Positions 12,301-23,910 of a DNA stretch of 64,000 nt are shown here, piece after piece (the stretch's first letter is position 1; every line of letters starts with the position of its first letter). A program made the translations under genes and the position numbers. The DNA comes from Raillietiella orientalis (lineage: Eukaryota): contig JAYWIR010000016.1 in the NCBI GenBank assembly GCA_036172245.1, positions 372,001-436,000 on the forward strand, in the 5' to 3' direction. The notes under the pieces were generated by a model that had not been told where the DNA came from, did no database searches, and was given only the letters and a program-made list of their open reading frames with translations.

Positions 12301-15300
12301 GCAGTGGGGACTCCATGTGCTCTTGAAGAAGGAGGAGGGGTTTTGGCACGGACTTCTCTCCTTCCCCTCCTCCATCGTCGTTGCCTTCCCACGAACCTTT
12401 CTTTATTTTCTATTGCTGCTGCCGCTTTGTTTTCTTCTCTACGTAGGTCTTCTATTGGCGTTGGCTAGCGGTCCGTGCAGCTCCTTGAGAAGGTGCTGCT
12501 GTCAGTCGACGCCTCGCTTTTCTCACTACCCCCTCCTCCCCTTCCCTCCTGCGTCACCGCGCGAATCCGAGATCCCTGTTGCTGCTTTGTGAGGCTGACT
12601 CGGGTCTGGCGGCGCCAGCGTCATTGCGGTAGTCGGTGTGGTCGTCGCGGTCTCTCCATCGCACCTACAAACATTCCCCCTTCCCCTTCTTCCCTTCCCT
12701 CCTCTCCGACCATCTGCTTCCCGTGTGGCGTGACCTCGGCCACTCCTCCTGCTCGGACACAGACGGCCCCGTTCTTCATGCTCTTCCAGGAGAGTCCGAT
12801 CCACTCTCTCTTCCGGGAAAAGCTTACGGATCCGCAATCGGCTAGAGGGCCTTCCGTGTCCTCGACCGAGGCTACGGACCAAGGAGATGGGGGGCGCCGC
12901 ACTTCACATGAGTGAGAATTCGTGAGCCTTAGGACGCCGCCCATGGGTCAGCAAAGACGAAAAGGAAAAGCAGGGGAAAAAGAGGGGAACCGGCACTCCT
13001 TAATTTCTGGAAGGATCCCGGATGGTCAACTTCCAATCTCAGCCGGTCAACGGGGGCATCCAGGAGTTTCCAGATTCCACCAGCGAATATCTAGAAAAAC
13101 CGGCAGGTTTTGATGCCCTGCGATTGGATGCTGGGGAAGAGGAAATTCTTCGGAATCTGGAGTGGATACTTGACCCGGTTCCAGGGGTGCTGGCACCTCA
13201 CAAAGGAGAGGGTTCTTCCTTCGCTTCCTTGAGCTTCTCATCTCCCTCTTTGACCCATGGCCAGCGAACGAGGCTTTTCCTGGGGAGTTCCCGTGGGCTC
13301 GGCGAGAGGCGGCGTTTGACCCGCGTCCACTGCCGAGGTTCGAACCCGCCTTCTTACCCTCGGCACCGGCGGTTTCTCAGCCGGCCGCACTGAGTCCACT
13401 TTGTCGGTTGACTTTCGGGGTCGAAGGTGCATCGCCTGTTCCTGTTTCGACTACTCGGATCCGCGCTCGGTCTTTCGGAGGGTGTCCCAGTGCCGGTGCG
13501 CTCTTCTGCCCTTGAGGAACATCGGGGTTCTTGGAATCCCAGGATCACAAGAAAGAGGACGATGGCCACAAGAATCGGCTGCTGGGTCCGTCTGGGAGCG
13601 TAAGGGAGGACTCGCGGAGCCTCTTTTCTTTAGAGCGCCCTCTGGAACGCTGCCGCTGTGCCCTTTCGAGCGGGCAGCACTGAGCAAGTGCGATGACGAG
13701 GTCCCCTTTTCTCGGGGCGAGGTGAGGTCGCATGGGCGGCTGCGCGCCGGAAGCCCTTTCGTAGCCGGTCGGTACCTCCACCTACCCCTCCCCTCTCGTC
13801 CAAGCGTTGCCTTTCGATGCAGGAGGTCAGGGTGTCGTGCCTGCTGTCATGGAGATGGAAAAGCAGAGCTCAACGAGTGAAGACCCTTCGACCTGCATCC
13901 CAGGCGTTCGACGGCAAGGCCTTTAAGGGACGGCCAAGGCTTCCGGCCTGCTTTTCTCCCTCCCTTGCCCTTCTTTCTTTCACTCTTGTTCCGCTTGCGA
14001 AACGGCGAAGCCGAGCCTGACGTCACGCGGACGGCTCAGCTCTTGGCTTCCGACCGGAGCGCAGACTCCAGAAGTGCTGGAGGGGGGGGGTGAAAAGGGG
14101 GTCGCGGGTGGGAGCAGTCATAGTCTCTGCTGCTTCAGTCCTCCTTTCCGGAGCTGTTGGGCATCCGACTTATGTGGGCGCAGAGAAGGCTTTCCCGGAA
14201 TCCCGCGCGGTAGCTGCGGTCGTCACGGCGCGCAAGGGTGGGTGTGGCTCGAACGGATCGATCCTGATTTCGTGACTGCCTGTTCGATGCGAACCGCCCG
14301 CCGGCTCCGGAGACTCCAGCCTCCTGACCGCGGGTGTTCTTAGGGAGGAGTCGCTCCGCTGGGCAGACGGGCGGGGAGTGCTCCCGACGACCCCTTTCGT
14401 CTCGTGCCGGCCGCCGAGAGCCCGGAACGACTCGGCCGACCTGCTGGCTCTGCAGATCACCGATCGATTTCTTCGGGCCTCTCCGAAAGTGCTTTCCTGG
14501 ACTCTGGATGTCTCAGGGGTTGGAGCGAAAATCTTCCAGCACGCGCATCGTTTCCAGGGAAAAGAGAGAGGGAAAGAGGAAAATGGGGAAAGGGAGGGGG
14601 GGGGGGGGAAATCGAACTGAATGCCTGGAAAGAGGGATCGCCCCGGCCATCCAGTCTCGAGGTCGTGGACTCTGCTCCTCGGGTCTGCAGGGCGTCATTA
14701 TCTGGCGTCATAACGGAGTGGGTAAACCGTTCCCGGGTTCAGGAAAGACACCAAAGGGGTTGTTCCTCTGTCGGTTCGGATGATTGGGATCCGACGCTCC
14801 TGCGTCTCCCGTCTCCTGTTTAAACAACCGTCACCCGTTTCCCCCTCCCTCTGCGAGGACCGCTCCTCACGGCAATGTTTTTCTGAGACGTCTTTCGCGG
14901 ACGCGGAGACGTGCAGCCCCGGCGAAGCTTCTTGCCCCGAAAAGCACTCTCCTGCCGGCATAAATTTCTCCTTCCCCCCTCCCTTCCATTTTTCTCTCCC
15001 CACTCCTTCACTCCCGAAGAAGACGTGCTGAAACGCGGCACCAGCATCGCGCGGGATGCCCGAGGGTTGGCTCCAAAAAGTTCCGTCTTTCTCTTCTTTT
15101 TCCTTCTCGCGATCGAACGCCGTGAGCTGCCGACCCTTTTATTACAGGTAACCGTGGGGTGCGAGATCAAACAGCCCTCCAGCCCGCCGTGAGGACGTTA
15201 CCGAGACGTGGAATTCCCGTCTCCGCTGATGAGAGATCCCGGAGACGTATTTCCTTCTGCCGGAAGGAACGGAAAGATTCCAGGATTCGTTTGGGAGTTG

Positions 15301-18300
15301 TTCTGGGATCGATCCGTGAATTGATAGCCGCAGATTTGTCTCGTTTTCATCGAGCTGATGCCGATCTTCCTGCTCAGCCGAAGTGCCCCGACCATTAGGT
15401 TTCGTTAGGGGGTTGCGTCAGCTGCAAATCAGGGCATCTTGAGTTCACATCGATCTCTCCTCCTCCTCCTCCTCCTCCGCGGCGGCAGGTTTTTCTCCCG
15501 GACGGGATTCTCGTTTCCACCTGCTTTTCCTCCTCCGAGGTTTTCCTCGGACCGCAGGTTCGATCCTCTCGGATGTTGTCTTTGGAGCGCACGGGTGCCC
15601 ACCGCGCCGGAAGCTCCGGTTCCCGCCATTTCTCTCTCGTGCTTCCCCCATCCGACCGGGAGAGCAAAAACTCCAAGGGAGCGCTGCCGGCCCGCTTGCG
15701 TTTTCCTCTTTTTGCAGGCAGGCAACCTCAAAATGGCAGTTTAATTGCACAGTCAAATTGCGTTCGCTCCAGCCGCGCGCCAAATCAATCTTTAAACGAC
15801 ACGTCAGAATAGTAAGTTCATCCCCATCCTCCTCAACATATTTTCGGAGCAAAAGGACAAGCAATGCGAAATTTATGTGAGAACTTGTTCGGCATTGGCC
15901 GCTGTGCTGGGAACCCTGATTACCGAGGCGCTAGCTTTCGTTCGCATGACGTCACTTCGTGTAATTGGGAACGCAATTAAAATTTTCATTGCTCCCCTTG
16001 CTCTTCAGTCTCGCTGCTTTTCCGTAACGCGTGCGTGCGCGCGCGTGTGTACGTGCGAGTTGTGCGCTGCTGCCCGCGCTCGAGGAGGAGTATGGGGGGG
16101 GAGGGGAAGCTTGGAATAAAAGCATGTAAGCTGTTATCAAGATTTATGAACGCATTAGAGCCAAACACGACTTGATTTATCTCTGCCTCGCGCGCACGGA
16201 ATAAATGTGTATGTTTACTAACAGCGGTTTGCACCAAAGTGAAATCTCTGTGATTTATTCGCATTTCAGTTCGCGGGAGTTATATTTAGGTCCTCCAGAG
16301 GAGAAGAAGCAGCACGCAGCAGCAAGTGTGCTTCGCTCCGCGTAGTGTTGGCTTCGTTGGCTATTTGTGAACACCCCTTAACAGCGGTGTTCATGGGGAC
16401 CCACGGTCCGGCCTACGCACACGCTTCGTTAGTCATCCTGCCCACTGGCTGCCCCGTCTTCGCCGTTCGAACCCCCCCCCTCTCCTCCCCCAAGTACCTG
16501 ATCCTTCTCTCTCTCTCTCTCTTTGATTTTCGATTCTCTCTCTTTGCTTGAAACCCCGCCATGTTGTCGACGACGTAACGAGATTATGACTTTTGAGACC
16601 CTTCCCTCCCCTTTCAACACCCCCATGTGCGTGAGGCACCTTTTTCTTTTGCACGATTGCTTGAACGAAGGATGTTCATGGCGTGGGAAAATGCATCAGG
16701 AAGAGGGTGGGCACCCGGGAGCTGTGGTTGCGAGCAATTGGGTACGCCGAAGGAGTGGGGTCACCAACGGTGTGGGCAGTTCGGGCCCGCGCGGCGACGT
16801 TTTGTCCTTCGTTCCCCAGCAGCATCCAAAGGGGGGGTCGCGAAACGGGTCTTCTTCGTAGGTGATCGATCAAAGGTGCGCACACATGGGATCGATCACG
16901 GATGCTCATCCGCGGGGTCTCCTCGCGGAAACGGCATCTCGGAGGGATCTCGGTGGATCAGGCAAGCTGCAGGAGGCGAACGAATCATCTCCGCGGCGTC
17001 ACAGGCTCGGAGCGGCGGGGGGGGGGGGGGGGGGTCGAAAATGGGATTCCAGACCGCGAGTGAGAATTGTTACCGTCATAATAAGGAACGGTAAATTCTC
17101 GGAGGCTTTTGAGATCAGACTGTGCTTTACGGTTCAGAACATGGTGCGTGCGTCTTGCTTCCTGTTTTCCGGATGCAAGGGAAGATTAAGGGAAGATGAT
17201 TCGGAATGTGGATGGGGCGAGAAATCATGACGAGAGCAGACGGCTTCGCTAGCTGCCATCTGTTGAGAAAGCATGGGGAGGAGGCTCCGACCTTCGTCGG
17301 GCTCCTCACGACAAGGAAAGTGAAACTGGCGGGGGAGATCATTTCCGCGCGCACCTGCACGCGTGCGCCTTTGCAGACGCGCACATGCACGTGTACGTAC
17401 GTAACGTATGTGTATACAAACGTGCATGCGTGTAAAACATGTACGCAAGCACTTGTCACGATGGCGCCCGAGGAAGGAGTGTCGACGAACGGAAGGCAAC
17501 TTCCCTGATCTCCTCCGGGGAAGGAATCTGCGGGCAGGAAGCTGCTGCCGGGAACCGCGTGCCTCCAGGCGTTCTGGAAAGATTCCTCCATGAAGCGCGC
17601 CGTCCTCCAGGAGACTCCTTTCCGGGTCGCTGCCGGAAGCCTGGAGTTGGGGCAAGTCAAGACGAAAGCTTAGCGTCCCCGTCGTACCTGCTCGGCTGGG
17701 GTGGGTGCTCTGTCCCAGCCGCCGAATTGCAGTTCCCGCCGAACTCCTGTTGAGGCAGCCTCCCCCTTCCGTCCTGCGCTTGCTGCCTTCTGCCTACTAC
17801 CTAGAGGCATCAGGGAGGAAGCAGGGCCGCGTCCGACGGCATCCCTTCCTCAGGGGAGAGAGCAGAAAGGTCCTTCCTCTTCGATGGGGGAGGAGGCTCT
17901 CCGGGGTGACCAACGCATGGCATCCCGGTAGAGAAGGATTTATCCCGTCTTGCCTCTTGCGGGTGGGGATGCTCCTCGTAGACGCACGTCCCGGAGGCTT
18001 CCACGTGCTTGGTCTCCTTGGAGATCCCGCGGGCGCTTGACCCCACTCGTTCCTCCGCGCGCGAAGGACGGTGCTCGTTGCGTTTGCGCAGCCTGTCGGC
18101 GCCCTGCTGCCGCCGCGGGCTCGCGTTGCACCTTCCTGAAGGCCAGGGCTCCCTGCATCCCCTCTCCTCTCCACGCGCCGTCTGCTCCTTCCGACCCGTC
18201 CGTTGCTTTCTCCCCTTCGAGGCCAGGAGCAGCTCGAGGGCGCGGTCGGGCTCACCCCTTTTCTGGCGCGTGACCGGACAGGTCCCTCCCGTGTGCGAGC

Positions 18301-20594
18301 GCGCCCCCGCTGACGCTCCCGCCCGCATGAACTTGTTGGGAGCTGCCGTGCCCTCTCCCATTCCGCGTCCCATCGCCCGGATGCCTGGAACGCCCTCTGC
18401 CTCGGTCGGCGGCACGTTCCATCTCAGGAAAATCCGGAAGCTTCGATCCGCCGCCGACGAGCGGGAAGTCCTGGGACCGCGGGGAGCAGAAGCCGTGTGA
18501 ATCAAGAAGGGATGCTCCTTGAGAGAGGACTCTGAGGAGTACCACTTTGAGGGAAAGTCTTCGAGGGGAAAGGGGAAGGGGGAGGGGACGCCTGTTCTTC
18601 TGCGTCGCCATCGTCTGGCGCCCACAGGCCTGCGGGAAGTTCCTCACGTTCCAGGAACCGGAGCTGGCGAAGTGCGTAGACCCCTCCCCCTTCCCAGGAA
18701 GATCCGAGGGCGTATCCATGGACTGCGGGTTGTCCAAACCTTGGTAGCGGCCTCTGGAGCTCCGGACGAGGAGGGAAAGGCGCACCGCTCTTCTGCAGGG
18801 CTGCGCGGCGCTCGCCGACGGGCGCACCCTCGCGGCTCAGCTTGAAAAGCGAGGGGGATGGCGATCACCCATCGGCAGGCCATCTTTTGAGGATTCATCC
18901 AAGCTGACGGATGCCAGGGTCAGCGGGCCTCCTCCAGGATGGATGCCCTGCGCAGTTTCCTTTGTGGATGCGCGCGCTCAAGGCCCAGCAGTGGATGCAG
19001 TGGCTCCCTTGCATTCGAGGCAACGAACCGCCGCCGCTGGCGCCTGGGCTCACAGGAGCCAACGCAACTTGTTCCTCCTGAAAGATCCCCCCGAGTTACC
19101 CTCCTTTCTTTCGTTCTACCTTCCTCTCTTCGACAGAGCGGACGGCGGAAAGGGCATCGGACGGCGACCTTGGACATTGCTGCTCCGCCACCCTTATCTC
19201 TCAGAGAGGCACGAGGGTGCTGTCCCACCACGACGAAGTGGGATGGGGAGCAAAGTGGGTCCAGCTCGTCGTGATCTCCCGGCAGGTGGCTGCCCTCTTT
19301 CCCTCGTCGCTCCCTTCCCTGCTCCATCGTTCTCTCCGTCCGCTTCCATCCAAAGGGCTTCGCGTTCTGCAGGCGGGCCGCATGGCGCGTCCGGCTGGTC
19401 GCCCCTCCGGGAAGGCGCGGGCGATCCTTTCGGGTGTCCTTCCTCCTGGGGGACGTGTCTTTGCAGGATCTACTCTGTCCCCTACCTGCTGGTCATGCTT
19501 CTGTTCATCTGGGTCGGTGCCTTCGGCCTACTGCTGCCCACCCTCCTCGGAGTGTGGGGAACGTTCGGTATGAACAGAACCATCAGCAGTTGCAGCATCA
19601 TCCCGGTGAATAACGAATCTCCCAAAGAGTTCTTATTCGTGTTCGGCTTCCTGCTCCCCTGCGTCATCATCACCGTCTGCTACGCACGCATCTTCTGCAT
19701 CGTGCACCGGGCACACTCGCGGGCGGCCGAGTACGGCAAGGGGCCGCCGGCGACCGGCGCGGCGGACTCCAAGTCCGTCTCCGCGGTCATCCTGATGTCG
19801 GAGACCAACGCCACGGCAACGACGGCAGCCAGCGTGACTCTGACCGAGGAGGCCGCGGACTCATTCTGCCTGGACGTTCCCTTCCCGGACGGCGGGAACC
19901 CTCCTCCTCCTCCCGTCGTCCCCCCTCCCCCTCCCTCTCGCCGGAAGCCGGCCGCCACCGCCGCCTGCTCCCCGGTCCTGAAGAAGTGCGGGGACGCACT
20001 CCGCGGGAGCAGGAAGTTCTCTCTGCCGGACTACCTGCTCAAGAGGTCCCCGTGCGGCGGGCGGAGAGCGAGCAGCTGCTCGCCGCCGGAGCCGTCGTCG
20101 AAAGGTAACGACAAGGGGGAGCGCGCGCGCCGATCTCCACGGCCACCGTCCTCCCCGCAGCGCCGAGCCACGCGTCCTCCTCCGGCGAGCTGGGCGGCAG
20201 CAGGCTGTGGACGAGGCGGTCCCGCGCGGCGACCGCAGCCGCGGCCGCCGCAGCAGCCGCCGCAGCCGCGTGCGCGGCGGCCGCCGGCAGGTGCGACGAC
20301 GACCGCGACCCCGGCGCCGCCGCGGCGGCGGCGGCGGCCAAGCTCTCCGCCCAGGACAAGCGCCTGCTCAAGATGATCCTCGTCATCTTCTGCAGCTTCC
20401 TCCTTTGCCACCTGCCCATCACGCTGGTGAAGGTGTTCAGCACTGAGAGCGAGTTCCCGCTCCTCACTGTGCTCGGCTACGTGCTGATCTACCTGACGAC
20501 GTGCGTCAACCCGTTCATTTACGTCGTCATGTCCACCGAGTACAGACAGGCCTACCAGAACTTCTTCACGTGCGCAAAGTCCCCACCATCGTAG
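6184..20594 (+). CDS. moody-like: Class A GPCR, moody/Tre1/CG4313 (GPR84-like) family; spliced CDS join(6184..6375,11837..12075,19467..20104,20161..20594), 500 aa
   Basis: Seven hydrophobic segments with rhodopsin-family motifs: TM1 GVPGNLVT, TM2 NLSASDLL, TM3 ITINRY (NRY variant typical of this family), TM4 W, TM5 CYARIF, TM6 DKRLLKMILVIF...CHLP, TM7 NPFIY; all introns GT-AG with compatible phases 0, 2, 1. Exact orthology (moody vs CG4313 vs Tre1) not determined. Confidence 0.92.
6940..6961. repeat. Poly-G run (~22 nt); similar runs near 14595, 17017 and 22586
   Basis: Directly visible homopolymer. Confidence 0.9.
8290..8720 (-). mobile_element. Decayed LINE ORF1 fragment in GPCR intron 1
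   Basis: Weak nucleotide similarity to ~57960-58035 (aaagagtttt...gc.t.t..aa) at the 5' end of the LINE relic. Confidence 0.3.
10600..11240 (-). mobile_element. Decayed LINE ORF1 fragment in GPCR intron 1
   Basis: ctgcggcacaaacctcgtcct at ~10843 resembles ctgcaacgacaagacctcttgtcct at ~39068 and the reverse complement of ~60050. Confidence 0.35.
11837..12075 (+). CDS. GPCR coding exon 2 (TM2-TM3, NRY)
   Basis: Acceptor ttttttttcag|CTG; LRNATTAFIINLSASDLL...ITINRYVKIRYPQSYD; donor AG|GTACGG, phase 2. Confidence 0.93.
13000..13083 (-). mobile_element. Internal fragment of the long tRNA-headed SINE
   Basis: ttctggaaggatcccggatggtcaacttccaatc...gattccaccag matches the SINE body at ~27570-27645 and ~36170-36220. 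Confidence 0.7.
13084..13182 (+). mobile_element. ~98-bp fragment of the Utopia/NeSL-type RT region
   Basis: Reverse complement of ~43568-43667 with one substitution and one 1-nt indel; both encode EYLEKPAGFDALRLDAGEEEILRNLEWILDP. Confidence 0.92.
13280..13400 (-). mobile_element. tRNA-derived head of a second SINE-like family
   Basis: The minus strand reads ...gactcagtgcgg...ggcgggttcgaacctcgg (B-box GTTCGAA); the downstream body differs from the main SINE. Confidence 0.45.
19467..20104 (+). CDS. GPCR coding exon 3 (TM4, TM5, first part of a long ICL3)
   Basis: Acceptor tctttgcag|G completes the AGG codon; IYSVPYLL...CSII...SPKEFLFVFGFLLPCVIITVCYARIF; donor AAG|GTAACG, phase 1. Confidence 0.9.
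20161..20594 (+). CDS. GPCR coding exon 4 (end of ICL3 with poly-Ala, TM6, TM7, short C-tail)
   Basis: Acceptor cctccccgcag at 20160; the frame runs into KLSAQDKRLLKMILVIF...NPFIYVVMSTEYRQAY; stop TAG at 20592-20594. Confidence 0.9.
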
Positions 20595-20651
20595 GAACTT
20601 CGCGGGAGACCCGAGACGTGCTGCTGTCCCTAGGCGCCAGAGAGAGAAAAT

Positions 20652-20657
20652 AATAAA
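20652..20657 (+). terminator. Possible polyadenylation signal of the GPCR gene
   Basis: AATAAA about 60 nt after the stop codon; it lies in an A-rich tract and may be fortuitous. Confidence 0.3.
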
Positions 20658-23227
20658 AAAAAACAAACAAACCCTTCCTCCTCCCCCGCCCCTTTCCTCC
20701 TCCTCCTCCCCCGTTCCTCCCCTCTTACTCTCCCCGTGCAACGGGAACTGGAGAGGTAGCACGCGACGAATAACGAAAAGGTAAGCAACAGCCTGAGCGA
20801 GGGGGGGAAGAGGGGAGCTATCCCGGGGTCTGCTCCGTACGCGCGCCGGCGGGGTCACTCCTTCCCCCTGCAGGCCGTAGGCAGCCGCCTTGCCCGAGCG
20901 CCTTCGCATCGCCTGGGAGACGGCACGGCGGTCGCGAGCAGCCCTCGCAGGCCCTCACTCGTAGCTGTGAAGCGGAGGCAAGCGAACCTCACGGGGAGCT
21001 CGCCCGCCTTGTCCCAGGAGCTCAGTCCGCCCTTTGCCCCTCCGAGGCACGCTCAGGGCGTGTCTGAGAGCTCGTTCCCCTGCGGCGCGGCAGCCCGGAC
21101 CGGCTTCCTTGCGGGCTTTCCGGAATTGGGGAATGGGAGTAGAGGACCGGGTCACGTCCTCTGGGACGGTTCTCGATCCAGACGGCCGTCGCCTACCTCT
21201 TTCCTCCGAAGGGAAGGTCTCATGGGAGCTCCCCCCCTCCCCCCCGAGAAAGGAGAAGGGAAGGCTGCCGAGATCTTGTAGGGTGTTCCCGACGACTGCC
21301 CTTTGGCGCATTCCGGGAGCTCCTTTTGTCGCTGAGGAGCCCGGATGGTAGTGCAGGGTGGACCCCACCGGCACACCTCATTTTCGCTTTTCGTCACCCC
21401 TTTTTCTGGGGCTTTTGAGCTTTCGCGGGCGGATGATGCTGGAGCTGCCCTCCTCCAGGTGATGCCCTCTGATGGTCTCTCTCTCTCCCTCTCTGACGCG
21501 GCGCGTCGGTCTTCGTCCATCCGGATGCTGAGGGAGTGAGGAAGGGACTCTCCGCCCTTCGCGCGGAACCAGAAGTCGCAGGCGCGCCATGGGACGGAGG
21601 CCTGCGGTTCCTGCTGCCTCGAGGAAGGTGGTCCGGGGGTTGCCCGCTGCCGTGTCCGATTCAGTCCCCTCCCACCCTCACGTCACCCGTCCGTGCTCCT
21701 GCACTGGTCTATCGGGCTGCTGCGCAAAGGGCCTGCCCTTCGTCCCACACCTCGCGGGCGCAAGGGATACGTGCCGTTGAGATCTGGTCGGTTGTCGAAG
21801 GCCACCATCTCCTCCAGAAAGGGTTCTCCAATTTCCTCCTCTGGCGGACCTCTGCGCGGGCCCCCCGACGCCGGAAGTGCGCTCCGTAGTATTCTGCAAG
21901 GAGGAGGTGGGGGGGAGGCGTCTCCCATTCGCGTCGCGTGCGGGTATTCTTCGGTGTCGTAGCTAGACAACGCTTCCTTCCCTCTTCTCTTGCCTCCACC
22001 CCCGCTTTTTCGTCCACGGGAACGGAAAGAAGGACTTGGGAAGCGAGCTCTCGAGTCCTCGCCGATGGGTGCGCTGGAAAGGCGTGAGCGGCATCCCGTG
22101 GCGATGGAGAGAACCTCTCACGATGTCTTCGATCCTCACAAGAGGAGGGTGAGCCGCGCCATTCCTGTGAGCTCGGGGCTTTCTAATCGCGTGGAGCTTC
22201 CGGAGGCGGGGGAGCTGCACGGACTTTTCGCTCTTGCCGGCGGCCATCTGGGAGCGTTCCTTCGGCAAGCAAGGTCCTCCCTTTCTCTCCGCATCTCTGC
22301 CTGCTCGAGATGACCGCACGAGACCAGGCTGTGGCTCCTGGATCCGTCTGCAGCCGGAGTGGATCCTCATCCTCCGATTCTGATGCTCCGGTGCTTATTT
22401 TCGGGATAGCGGAAGGCGTCACCAACAGAGGATGCTTCTTCCAGACGAACGTCATCTCCCAGTGCAGTCCAAGAGATAGGAATCTCCCTTCCTCCGTTTC
22501 TGGAAGACCGGAGGGAAACCCCGACTTCCGTCCACCGTAAATCAGGCGCCTCGGATGCTGCAAAGCACTTCAGTGAGGGAAAGGTGGGGGGGGGGGGGGA
22601 GGAATCCCGATTCTGCACCCGATCCGGACGGAGAGCTGCCCCAAGCTCCTCGCAGGGGTTTCAGGAGTGACGGAACGAGGAGTTCGGGTGTTCCCGCGCG
22701 TCCATCGGGAACGGGAGTTTTTTGGTTTCGGACTGCGCCCGTCTTTGCGTCTCCTTTCCCCTCTTTCGCTGCGTCACGTCCCGTCTTTTTCCAGGATTTC
22801 GTGGCGGCGGGATGGCCGCTCGCTCGGCAGCAGCGGACGCCGGGCGCCGCCGCCGCCTCGCGCGGGATGGACAGAACCACCGACGAGGTGCGAGAGAGTA
22901 TTCACGGATGCGAAGAGAGAGAGGCCTCGCGGTTCCCTCAAGTAGCGCCATCGAAGAAGAGAAAACTTTTTCGGGTTTTCACGAACAATCTGGGTTCTTG
23001 CCAATAAAGCTGCTCCTGGCGACTCGCCTTGACGGCCATACCGAACGCCCGTGCTCCGCGCGTTGTTTTCGGGATCGCTCCGGCGCCAGCACCCTCGTCG
23101 CAGATGCCTCAGGGCGTCTTGGAACACTTCTCCAGCACGCGTTCGCGACATGGCTTCCTTCCAGGGATCGCGCTCATCCCTTCTGGAAACGCGCGGGAGG
23201 TCCTCCCGGCCGCCGTCTGTCCTTGTC

Positions 23228-23910
23228 GGAGACCGCGTGGCTGCAGAGGTCTCGGCGCGTGGCATCACCAGGCGTCGAAGGTTCGGATACTCGAGAAGAA
23301 CCGACGTCGAGAATGGGTGGTGAGTCGTGGCTTCGAGTTCCTCCCTCGAGATGACGCTGGTTGGACTCCATTCGGGTGCGGCACTGGTGGCGGTTCAAAC
23401 CGGATGCCCCTGATGAGTGGGCGGGGATTAAGAGTCGACCCACAGGTCGCACCCCAGGGTGCTTCCAGAAAACAGAATCAAGGAGTGCAGCGTTCCCCTC
23501 CGATTGTTCAAAAGAGCAGCCCCCCCTTTTCAAGGGGGGATCCTCCGTCTCGTACCATGGAGAGGCACCATCAATCCATGATGGATTGATGGTGCCTCTC
23601 CAGAGAGTTCAGAGAAGCGTGCCGCTCCCTTCGGGAGCGTCCTGAGAAATTTCGGAAGCGTCCCTTCGGGGTCCCTTCTTCAGAGAAAAAAACGGTAGCG
23701 GACCCCTTTCAAGGGTCCCTCCGGAGAAAATAAGGAAGTAGATTTCTTCCGGGGTTTTCTTCAGAGACAAATAGGGTGGAGATGTTCCCTTTGGAGATCC
23801 CTTCCCAGGCGTAAGAGGAACAGACTTCGGGTCCATAGGGTAGCTCCTTTCCCAGGGTACCCTTCATCTTGAAGAATCCCACTCACCCTCCGGTGGCGTG
23901 GAAAAATGTC
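23228..23910 (+). mobile_element. Long tRNA-headed SINE, copy A
   Basis: A-box-like tggctgcagagg, degenerate B-box ggttcggat, family core gatgacgctggttgg...ttcgggtgcggcactggtgg, and 3' motif caccctccggtggcgtgg. Confidence 0.75.

Noticed and set aside
12941..13260. Pack-type DNA transposon with ccatgggtca inverted ends capturing the Utopia fragment
   Set aside because: The inverted match is only 10-14 nt with no clear TSD; juxtaposed SINE fragments explain it adequately
18943..20376. 477-aa ORF as a stand-alone gene, or GPCR pseudogene with a frameshift
   Set aside because: Its first 175 codons are intronic, and the frame change is resolved by a canonical 56-nt GT-AG intron
23400..23450. Hammerhead ribozyme (CTGATGA followed by a gtggg/cccac stem)
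   Set aside because: No GAAA after the stem, and CTGATGA is not conserved in the other SINE copies
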